From contig JBMNUV010000006.1 in NCBI GenBank assembly GCA_050946455.1, forward strand, positions 23,504 to 87,503: a stretch of DNA of 64,000 nt, read 5' to 3'. Below, piece after piece: positions 9,981 through 17,669 of the stretch (within the stretch, counting starts at the first letter, position 1; every line of letters starts with the position of its first letter). The notes beneath the pieces are model-generated. The model saw only the letters and a list, made by a program, of their open reading frames with translations. It was not told the origin of the DNA and made no database searches. Made by a program: the position numbers and the translations under genes. Source of the DNA: Prevotella sp. GTDB lineage: Bacteria > Bacteroidota > Bacteroidia > Bacteroidales > Bacteroidaceae.

Positions 9981-10691
9981 TCATTCGTGCACTAACGTGC
10001 CGATGTTCTCGCCGTCCATCACTTTCTTCAGATTGCCCACCTTATCCATATTAAATACATAGATGGGCAAATGGTTCTCCTTGCACATTGTCGTAGCAGT
10101 GAGGTCCATTACGCGCAGATTGCGGTTGTAGATTTCGTCGAAGGTGATTTCCTCAAACTTCTTTGCATTGGGGTCCTTCTCGGGGTCAGCCGTATAGACA
10201 CCGTCCACACGTGTGCCCTTCAGCATCACGTCAGCCTCAATCTCGATGCCACGCAGTGACGAACCCGTATCGGTAGTGAAATAGGGGTTGCCCGTGCCGG
10301 CGGAGAAGATACAGATGTAGCCAGCCTCAAGAGCCTCAATAGCCTTCCACTTGTTGTAGAACTCGCCGATAGGCTCCATGCGGATAGCCGTCATCACCTT
10401 GGTCTTGACACCGATGGCACCCAAGGCAGAACTCAGTGCCAAAGAGTTAATCACTGTGGCGCACATGCCCATCTGGTCGCCCTTGACACGGTCGAATCCC
10501 TTCTGCGCTCCACTGAGACCGCGGAAGATATTGCCGCCGCCAATGACGATGCCAATCTGCACGCCCATGTCGTGTACTTCCTTAATCTGGCGGGCGTAGT
10601 CGCTCAGCCGTTCCGGGTCAATACCATAGTTCTGCTTTCCCATCAAACTCTCACCCGAGAGTTTGAGCAGTATTCTCTTAAATCTTGCCAT
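9981..10691 (-). CDS. pyrH: UMP kinase
   Basis: RILLKLSGE, GGGNIFRG, GDQMGMCATVIN, GTGNPYFTTD. True start is ATG 10691; the ORF-track extension to 10811 is heptamer-repeat DNA. Confidence 0.96.
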   Translation of the reverse strand: MARFKRILLKLSGESLMGKQNYGIDPERLSDYARQIKEVHDMGVQIGIVIGGGNIFRGLSGAQKGFDRVKGDQMGMCATVINSLALSSALGAIGVKTKVMTAIRMEPIGEFYNKWKAIEALEAGYICIFSAGTGNPYFTTDTGSSLRGIEIEADVMLKGTRVDGVYTADPEKDPNAKKFEEITFDEIYNRNLRVMDLTATTMCKENHLPIYVFNMDKVGNLKKVMDGENIGTLVHE

Positions 10692-10760
10692 ATAATTATA
10701 AAGAATTATTTGTTTTTCTATCTTGGTCGCTGTAATGCAGCGACATACTGAACTCGCGTC

Positions 10761-10820
10761 AATTATGCATTGTGAATTATGCATTAAAATTATGCATTGT
10801 GCATTATGCATTATGCATTA
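10761..10820. repeat. Heptamer array (AATTATG/CATTATG/CATTGTG) overlapping the birA stop
   Basis: aattatgcattgtgaattatgcatt...tatgcattgtgcattatgcattatgcatta, 7-nt period. Confidence 0.85.
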
Positions 10821-11584
10821 AAAGCGATTTCCTTGAATTCATATTCTCTTATCGCTCCTTCGCGGTCACGTAGGATGAGGTGCCCATTATCCTCCACCTC
10901 CACGATTGCCGCCTCAAACACGCCATCCTTGTCGCGGTAGCTATGGAAACCGTGTTGACGATAGAGCGAGTCGTGATAGAGGGCAGCCACGTCAGTGTAG
11001 TCGCCATTCTCAATCAGTGAGTAGCAATATTGGAAAGACTTGATGATTTCCTGCAGAAGTTGCTCACGGTCCACCTCATGGCCTAAAATCTGCAACAGCG
11101 AGACGGGATTGGGCGCATCGCTGTGGAACTCAGCTTGGTTGACGTTGAGTCCGATTCCAAAAATACAGTTGTTGATATGACCTCCCAAAACCGTTGTCTC
11201 AATGAGCGTTCCACTGAGTTTGCGGTCGTTCCAATACACATCGTTGGGCCATTTCAGCGTAATGCCATCCGTATAATTAGCGAGTGCCATCTTCAACGCG
11301 ATACCTCCCATCATGGAGAGCAGGAACTGGCGCTGCAAAGGAACCATCACCGGATGAAGCAGAATGGAAAAAGTGAGGTTCTTGCCCCGCTCACTCTCCC
11401 AAGTGTTGGTTCCCTGTCCGCGTCCGGCAGTCTGATAGTCAGCCACTGCAACAGTCATCTTCTCGCCTTCTCCAGGATGATAGGAACGCAGATAGTTGTT
11501 GGTGCTGTCCACCTCGTCCAAACGGACAATACGAACAGAATTATCCTTTTTCTTTTTTCTAAATAAAGAACTAAGCAAAGCCAT
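10811..11584 (-). CDS. birA: Biotin--[acetyl-CoA-carboxylase] ligase (no N-terminal HTH)
   Basis: VDSTNNYL, QTAGRGQGTNTWES, KWPNDVY, KLSGTLIE, GIGLNVNQ. Confidence 0.93.
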   Translation of the reverse strand: MALLSSLFRKKKKDNSVRIVRLDEVDSTNNYLRSYHPGEGEKMTVAVADYQTAGRGQGTNTWESERGKNLTFSILLHPVMVPLQRQFLLSMMGGIALKMALANYTDGITLKWPNDVYWNDRKLSGTLIETTVLGGHINNCIFGIGLNVNQAEFHSDAPNPVSLLQILGHEVDREQLLQEIIKSFQYCYSLIENGDYTDVAALYHDSLYRQHGFHSYRDKDGVFEAAIVEVEDNGHLILRDREGAIREYEFKEIAFNA

Positions 11585-11663
11585 TTAGTGATTGTTTGTT
11601 TCTATTAGGCAAAAATACCACTTTTATTTGTATTTGCAAAAGGAAAATACTATTTTTGCACGC

Positions 11664-12104
11664 ATGAAAGAAGAAGACAATGAATTCATGCGTATGGCAC
11701 TGCGCGAGGCTGAGGCAGCGATGAATGCCGGTGAAGTGCCAATCGGATGTGTGATTGTGAGCCGGGGTCGCATCATCAGTCGGGGTCACAACCTGACGGA
11801 AATGCTCCACGACGTGACGGCACACGCCGAAATGCAGGCAATCACGTCGGCAGCCGATGCCCTTGGAGGGAAATACCTTCAAGGGTGTACACTCTATGTC
11901 ACGGTGGAGCCTTGCGTGATGTGTGCCGGTGCCATAGGCTGGGCACAGCTCACTCGGCTCGTCTATGGCGCGTCAGATGAGAAGCGCGGCTATACGCAGT
12001 TCGCGCCAAAAGCCCTCCACCCCAAATGCGAGGTGACGAAAGGCGTGCTCGAAGACGAATGCCGCGAGCTCATGCTTAGGTTCTTTAAAGAAAAAAGAGG
12101 ATAA
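11664..12104 (+). CDS. tadA: Nucleoside deaminase, tRNA-adenosine deaminase TadA-like
   Basis: GEVPIGCVIV, TAHAEM, LYVTVEPCVMCAGAI (HxE...PCxxC); start ATG 11664 follows a TATTTTTG box at 11651. Confidence 0.85.
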   Translation: MKEEDNEFMRMALREAEAAMNAGEVPIGCVIVSRGRIISRGHNLTEMLHDVTAHAEMQAITSAADALGGKYLQGCTLYVTVEPCVMCAGAIGWAQLTRLVYGASDEKRGYTQFAPKALHPKCEVTKGVLEDECRELMLRFFKEKRG

Positions 12105-12109
12105 AAGAA

Positions 12110-12151
12110 AGGAGTTGTTGCGGCTCAATATATTTTACCACAACAACTCCT
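12110..12151. terminator. Bidirectional terminator between convergent genes
   Basis: AGGAGTTGTTG...CAACAACTCCT 11-bp stem. Confidence 0.65.
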
Positions 12152-12173
12152 GTCATTCTATAAACTATCTGAA

Positions 12174-13022
12174 CTACTTGACCACAATTACAAGATACTT
12201 GCTTGTGGACCAGAAATTCTGAGGATTAGTGATGCGCAATACATACTGCTTGTTGGCATCGCGCTCCAAAGTGTAGCTGCCGCTTGGATGAATAGTCTTG
12301 ATGGTAGCCGACTTAGAGTAGAGCTTGATTTCACGTGTATTGCGAATATCTATCTTCGTGAAATAATTCTTGTTGAAATTGCCACGCATCACCTTGTTGC
12401 CTTCCAAGATGCGCTGCTCACGCAATTCTTTCTTGGTGCCGAAGACATACCATGCCGTGTTGAGCAGATGGTCCTGAGTGCTGATGGTCTTGCTCTTGTC
12501 TGCGCTCTCAGTCTTAAGATTGCTCACATCCGTGTTGAGGTTGTTAATGGTCTCATCCAACTCAGAAATGTGAATATCCTTTGCATCCAACTCTTCACGC
12601 AACTGCTGCAACTGCTGGTCTTTCTCCTGCAACTGCTTGGTTAGGTTGTTGATGGTGGTCTTGAACTGGTCACCCTTAATAGAACTTGTACGGAGTTGCT
12701 CCTGCAACTTCTTGATAAGTTCACGGTTGTGAGCCATCCGCTCAGAGATAAACTTGATGTTCTCGCGGATTTGCTGTTTTTTGTTAGCACCCTCACCATC
12801 TTTGGCAATGGTGACGCGGTTCTCCGCCTCGTTTATCTGTCGGAAACCCTCCTCAATCTCGTTGAGGGTTCCCATCATATCGTTCAACTCATTGTCCTTC
12901 TGCTCAATGATTTTTGAGAGTGAATCCGTTTGAGCCGAAGTGAGGCCTTGCTGCGCCCCTTTATTGTTGCATGACGCGAAGAAGACAGCAAGCAGACATG
13001 CGAAAAATAATAGCTTTTTCAT
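12174..13022 (-). CDS. Coiled-coil lipoprotein, Cbp1-like (Prevotellaceae conserved)
   Basis: MKKLLFFACLLAVFFASC lipobox; long heptad region; C-terminal AWYVFGTKKEL...FWSTSKYLVIVVK. Start re-set to ATG 13022. Confidence 0.65.
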   Translation of the reverse strand: MKKLLFFACLLAVFFASCNNKGAQQGLTSAQTDSLSKIIEQKDNELNDMMGTLNEIEEGFRQINEAENRVTIAKDGEGANKKQQIRENIKFISERMAHNRELIKKLQEQLRTSSIKGDQFKTTINNLTKQLQEKDQQLQQLREELDAKDIHISELDETINNLNTDVSNLKTESADKSKTISTQDHLLNTAWYVFGTKKELREQRILEGNKVMRGNFNKNYFTKIDIRNTREIKLYSKSATIKTIHPSGSYTLERDANKQYVLRITNPQNFWSTSKYLVIVVK

Positions 13023-13047
13023 CTCAAATGTTTTTTTAAGTAATTTT

Positions 13048-13785
13048 TTAATAGTTTGATGATTCTCCGCTTTCAGACTCTGCGTCTTTGTCGGAGTTGA
13101 TTTTTGTCTTTGTTTTAGGAGCACCCGCTACGACGATGACAATCTCGCCTTTTGGGGGAGTCTCTTCAAAATGAGCAGCCACCTCTTCGAGCGTTCCGCG
13201 AACGTGCTCCTCGTGGACCTTTGAAATCTCACGCGCAACACTCACCTGGCGGTCGGGTCCGAAGACCTCAGCAAATTGGTGAAGCGTCTTCACGAGGCGG
13301 AATGGTGACTCATAGAACACCATGGTTCGCTGTTCGTTGCGCAGTGACTCTAAATGGCTCTGACGGCCTTTCTTCTGCGGAAGGAAACCCTCGAAACAGA
13401 ATCTGTCGCAGGGCAGCCCCGATGATACGATGGCAGGGATACAGGCTGTAGCTCCGGGAAGAGTGATGACCTCGATACCTGCGCGGGATGCTTCACGTGC
13501 TAAGTAGAATCCCGGGTCACTGATGCCGGGTGTACCAGCATCGCTGACAAGCGCAATGTTCTGTCCAGCCTTCAACCGCTCCACAACGCCCGCCGAAGTG
13601 CCATGCTCGTTGAACTTATGATGCGACATCAGATGGTTCTTGATGTCGAAGTGCTTGAGCAGCAATCCAGAGGTACGTGTGTCTTCAGCCAACACCAAAT
13701 CGGCATCTTTGAGCACACGGATGGCACGTAAGGTCATATCCTCCATATTGCCGACTGGAGTCGGCACAATGTACAATGTTCCCAT
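13048..13785 (-). CDS. rsmI: 16S rRNA (cytidine1402-2'-O)-methyltransferase
   Basis: GTLYIVPTPVGNMEDMTLRA, AEDTRTS, VSDAGTPGISDPG, FEGFLP, YESPFR, AREISKVHEE. Confidence 0.95.
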   Translation of the reverse strand: MGTLYIVPTPVGNMEDMTLRAIRVLKDADLVLAEDTRTSGLLLKHFDIKNHLMSHHKFNEHGTSAGVVERLKAGQNIALVSDAGTPGISDPGFYLAREASRAGIEVITLPGATACIPAIVSSGLPCDRFCFEGFLPQKKGRQSHLESLRNEQRTMVFYESPFRLVKTLHQFAEVFGPDRQVSVAREISKVHEEHVRGTLEEVAAHFEETPPKGEIVIVVAGAPKTKTKINSDKDAESESGESSNY

Positions 13786-14116
13786 AATACTTGGCAAATA
13801 TAGCTAATAAATCTTCTTGGACAAAAAATTATTCTAAATCTTTGCATTTTTTAAGTGTAGGGAACCTCTCAATAGCCATTTGTTTTTCTCCAAGCACCTC
13901 CAAACAGTTGTTTGAAAACAGTTATGAGAACCCCAAAGAGAACATTTAATAACTTTTTAGCTTGTTTTTTTATTATTGCTATCTTATAAACAATATGTGA
14001 ACTCCACGAATGAACAGACGCAATTTTGAAGAGAGTGCAGGCATAGGAATGATTGGAAAACATCAAGAAGTAACATCAATAACTGTTTACTTCTGAACGT
14101 GGCAGCGTTTATTTGC

Positions 14117-14206
14117 GTGTGCTGACAAGTGGCAACCAATCGGGTGGCACTTGCCACCACAACGGGTGGCACTTGGCAGCACAACGGGTGGCACCTGTCA
14201 GCACAC
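14117..14206. repeat. ~90-bp element with terminal inverted repeats and internal 22-nt tandem units
   Basis: Ends GTGTGCTGACAAGTG / CACCTGTCAGCACAC (14/15 complementary); internal CGGGTGGCAC(T/C)TG-unit x3 at 22-nt period. Confidence 0.7.
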
Positions 14207-14460
14207 GGCGGTAGCCGTATAGTGATAATACGCCATGCGGATTTTCGAATAATACTATTTGATGAAAAACGTAATTCAAACTGAACCCACTATAGAATAT
14301 AGCCTCTTGTTGCACTTATTTTTGCTATATATAATATTATAATATTATATATGGATACCTTCTTGGGAAACCAAAAGAAAACCTAAAAGAATACTCCGAA
14401 AGGGAGAGTCGTCGCCCATAGAAGCCGTTTTGGGGAAATAGAATTTATCAGATGAAAAGA

Positions 14461-14494
14461 AGCCCCAACCCGTTCGCAGATTCGGGTTGGGGCT
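14461..14494 (-). terminator. Intrinsic terminator after the amylase + small peptide
   Basis: AGCCCCAACCCG...CGGGTTGGGGCT 12-bp stem followed by TCTTTTC on the minus strand. Confidence 0.75.
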
Positions 14495-14538
14495 GTATGA
14501 GTTATATCACTCAAGAGAAATAATTTTAATAAGGAGAA

Positions 14539-14709
14539 TCAATATTCCTCGTCCTCGATGGCAAAATCGATGCCTTTGGCATCAAGCGCAGTAGTACCAT
14601 CATCGATGGTTTCAGCATCTCCTGTATTTTGAGTGATGCTTCCAGCCATTAGATATGCCGCTCCAAGTTTCATTACCTTTATATTAGGCTCAATATATAC
14701 TTTTTTCAT
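14539..14709 (-). CDS. 56-aa small protein with KKxYxxP leader-like N-terminus and acidic C-terminus
   Basis: Manual translation MKKVYIEPNIKVMKLGAAYLMAGSITQNTGDAETIDDGTTALDAKGIDFAIEDEEY*. Its ATG (14709-14707) overlaps the amylase TGA (14708-14706) and it lies upstream of the terminator. Below the ORF-track cutoff. Confidence 0.75.
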   Translation of the reverse strand: MKKVYIEPNIKVMKLGAAYLMAGSITQNTGDAETIDDGTTALDAKGIDFAIEDEEY

Positions 14710-17234
14710 TTGACAATAATTTTATGATGATTCAAAATGTAAACACCTTTAGGAAGTCCTTCTGTTGAGCCATTGCGACTCACCACTACTCCATTAAGGT
14801 TGTAGACGCGGTTATCGTTACCGCCACTCATAGAGACAACTGTTGAGATACCCGTTTCGTTATTTTCAAACACTGACGACTTTGCCTGCACATTTGTCGT
14901 AGTACTGAAGAATGCACGATAGGGAGAAATGGTCACACCTTTCGTTGTTCCAACTTTGACGAAGGTTCCGTCACTACCACGGTAGCCAAAATAAGTTATC
15001 CCATTTCCAGAAACAAGATTTCTCGACTCCAAGTTGCCCGTGAAAGTGAAGTTTCCCTTAGTAATGCTCTTGGCGACGCCGTTGGCAAGAGACTTTTCGC
15101 CAAAGTTCTCAAAACACTTTCCTGTCTCACTTGCGATGAATACGTAGGGATGGTAAGCCTCAACACTGCTTACGTTGTTGAAATGAAGTATTCCGTCAGA
15201 CTCAGAGGTATAGGCATAGACTGTACCTTTGACTGTGCTCAACTCATCTTCATCAAGAGAGAAAGGCAAGCAGATGGTACTATGATAATCTTTAGTAAAC
15301 TGACGCTCAAAGATGTTGTTGGTGGCATCTGTCGTGTCAATGGCAGTGTACTGATAACCCGTAGTGGTATAGCAACCACCATTTACAAAGTCGAGGTCAG
15401 CTGTCTGTGCGCCATTATTGCCTTGATTGAAGATTATCTTGTTGGGCAGAGCCGTCAAATCACCGCTGTACTTCCACTTCCAAATGTTGTTGCCTTCAGC
15501 ATCCTGACCAACAATTGAGCACGATTGTCCAGGCCATGTACCACCGGTATAATTCTCGTTGTCGCTCCACGCCCAAGCATATACCGTTGACCAGGAAGCG
15601 GGAGCCGTGAAGTAGGCATAGATACCATCATCGCTGGTGAGTGTGGTTATAGACGCTGCTGGTGAAACGGAAGTTGCATTCGTTGATCCATCATAAGAGA
15701 AATAAGCATCTGTCGTAATGCCAGTGATGTTAGTCGTCTGAGACCCATTGCCATTGTTGAAAATGCAATTGATACTCTCTGTAGGAGCAGAAATTGTCGT
15801 GTAGTAATAGAGATCCGAACCGATATATTTCTGATTGCTCATCTGAGTTCCTGGCCAAGTTCCATTCAATTTCGTATCACTATCTGCCCAGACATAGAGA
15901 TAGGGAGCGGCATCTGCCTTGACATATATGGTGATGTTCTTTCCAGTAGAGATATAATAAGCATAGTTGGGGTTCTCTGTTGTACCTGTAGATACGGCAG
16001 TGTAGCCATCCGTTGAAACACCCTGTGCGTATCCACTGATAACCATGATATTGTGAGTATCACCTTGAACGACGGTCACATATCCTCCACCTACAGCCTC
16101 TTGACGGATAATTTTGCTCGTGTTGCTGATGCCAGCCTCTTTTCGGGCGGCAATCATTTTCTTCAGTTCTTCCTTATAGGCAACCCAGTGCGGCCAGAAG
16201 ATGCAAGGTGTACCTGGCAGAGCGAGGATGAAAGCGTTGGCAGCAAGAATATTATTTTTGAGCGGGATACTGGCGTCGCGATATGTGTCATGGTTATCCA
16301 CGAATGTAATGGCATATTGACTGTTGCTCACGTCGGCAGCGATACCCTTATCTGAAAGGTCCCAATTTCCGCTTCCAAACGTGCTGTTGATAGCTGTCTT
16401 TAAACCGAAGTCGAATGCCGCAGAACTATAGCCAGTATTCTTTATCCAAGAGGCTACTGCATCTTTTCCGTCCCAATATTCACCAACAGAATAAGTGGGC
16501 TTTGCCGAGGTGTTATAGATTCGAGTGTATTGCGGGTCATAGCCCTTCACCATGTCATAACGGAATCCGGCATAGCCAATCTCATTGAGCAAATAGTCCA
16601 GATAGGTTTCTACATTTTCCTGCACGGTAGCATTGGTATGATCCAAGTCGCGATAGCCATCAAAATTATCACCAGTATCTGAATTGCCACCTGTACCGCC
16701 ATACATGGGAGAAGAGGAATTCGTAAATCCCTCATCACCACTACAAACCTCAGGATAACTATTTGAAGTTGTATCGTAGTTCCAATTGATGGAATAAGTC
16801 TTGCCCGTAGTAGTACCTACTACCGATTCTTGAGGAAAGTCACTCCAACTGTTGAGACCATTTTTGTGGTTGATTACCACATCTGCAATGAAGCCAGTCC
16901 CTTTTTCCTTGAAGGTGGCTATCATGTTGCGAAGTTCCTCTTCGCTACCCCAGCAGGAATTTTGGTCAAGCCAGAAGCATGGGTCATAGCCCATGGAGGT
17001 AGCGGTACTGTTATAATAATAAGTGGATGTTTTGGCAGAATTGGGAATCCAAATCAGGTCAAAATACTGTGACAGCTCATCAGACTGTTCAGTAAGTTTA
17101 GCCCAATTTGTATCTGCATAAGAGTCCCAATAGAAACCTTGTAGCATCACGCCTTTGTAATTGGCAGGCCATCCCTGTGCATGCAGGCTCAACGAGCAAA
17201 TGCATAGCAATACGATAAGAAAAAATTTGTGCAT
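14706..17234 (-). CDS. Secreted GH13 alpha-amylase with two CBM26-like starch-binding modules and T9SS-type C-terminal domain
   Basis: MLQGFYWDS, DVVINH, catalytic GFRYDMVKG / VGEYWD / FVDNHDT; two Y.Y.W...G.WPG...IFN modules; C-terminal TGIS...VYNLNG...LPKGVYI...KIIVK. Confidence 0.9.
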   Translation of the reverse strand: MHKFFLIVLLCICSLSLHAQGWPANYKGVMLQGFYWDSYADTNWAKLTEQSDELSQYFDLIWIPNSAKTSTYYYNSTATSMGYDPCFWLDQNSCWGSEEELRNMIATFKEKGTGFIADVVINHKNGLNSWSDFPQESVVGTTTGKTYSINWNYDTTSNSYPEVCSGDEGFTNSSSPMYGGTGGNSDTGDNFDGYRDLDHTNATVQENVETYLDYLLNEIGYAGFRYDMVKGYDPQYTRIYNTSAKPTYSVGEYWDGKDAVASWIKNTGYSSAAFDFGLKTAINSTFGSGNWDLSDKGIAADVSNSQYAITFVDNHDTYRDASIPLKNNILAANAFILALPGTPCIFWPHWVAYKEELKKMIAARKEAGISNTSKIIRQEAVGGGYVTVVQGDTHNIMVISGYAQGVSTDGYTAVSTGTTENPNYAYYISTGKNITIYVKADAAPYLYVWADSDTKLNGTWPGTQMSNQKYIGSDLYYYTTISAPTESINCIFNNGNGSQTTNITGITTDAYFSYDGSTNATSVSPAASITTLTSDDGIYAYFTAPASWSTVYAWAWSDNENYTGGTWPGQSCSIVGQDAEGNNIWKWKYSGDLTALPNKIIFNQGNNGAQTADLDFVNGGCYTTTGYQYTAIDTTDATNNIFERQFTKDYHSTICLPFSLDEDELSTVKGTVYAYTSESDGILHFNNVSSVEAYHPYVFIASETGKCFENFGEKSLANGVAKSITKGNFTFTGNLESRNLVSGNGITYFGYRGSDGTFVKVGTTKGVTISPYRAFFSTTTNVQAKSSVFENNETGISTVVSMSGGNDNRVYNLNGVVVSRNGSTEGLPKGVYILNHHKIIVK

Positions 17235-17317
17235 AAATTAGCTGTTTGTTATTTATTTAACTTATTATTCAGATAGGTTGAATAAATCGTTATGATTATA
17301 TTTATTTAATGCCGCTG

Positions 17318-17325
17318 CAAAATTA
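17318..17325 (-). promoter_or_regulatory. -7 box (TAATTTTG) of the amylase promoter
   Basis: Matches TAnnTTTG on the minus strand about 85 nt before the ATG. Confidence 0.55.
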
Positions 17326-17381
17326 TCTATTCATCGACTGACAACCAACATTCAGTCATAAAAGAATCGCTCAATCATCGC

Positions 17382-17393
17382 GCAAACGTTTGC
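17382..17393. promoter_or_regulatory. LacI-family-type palindromic operator GCAAACGTTTGC
   Basis: Perfect 12-bp palindrome with central CG, upstream of the amylase promoter. Confidence 0.55.
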
Positions 17394-17452
17394 ATTTTTC
17401 ATGCAGTATTTAACAGCCGTGGAAACCAAAAACAAACGGGAACAAAAAAGAA

Positions 17453-17494
17453 TTGCCGACAACAGCCAGTCTGAAAACCAACTGTTGTCGGCAA
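17453..17494 (-). terminator. Terminator downstream of the C10 peptidase
   Basis: TTGCCGACAACAG...CTGTTGTCGGCAA 13-bp stem followed by TTCTTTTTT on the minus strand. Confidence 0.7.
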
Positions 17495-17669
17495 ATATTG
17501 ATTGATATTAAAGTAGCGACAATAATCTGTTATGCTGATAAAGCCTTTCAGAACTATTGTCTGTCTCCTTAGAGGACAGAAAGAAAACTCTCTCTGGTTC
17601 CCCTTTTCCTCCCTCAGGCTTCTGAAGATGTAACTTCAGTGCCTTGAGGGAGATGGAGATTATAATAGA

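Noticed and set aside
10692-10811. N-terminal extension of PyrH (MHNAQCII...) in the ORF track
   Set aside because: It is translation of the heptamer array; the conserved start is ATG 10691. The same artefact explains the 34619, 59454 and 59641 ORF calls.
13869-14315. Short ORFs in the AT-rich gap upstream of rsmI
   Set aside because: Overlapping, alternative starts, no motifs; they cross the 22-nt repeat element.
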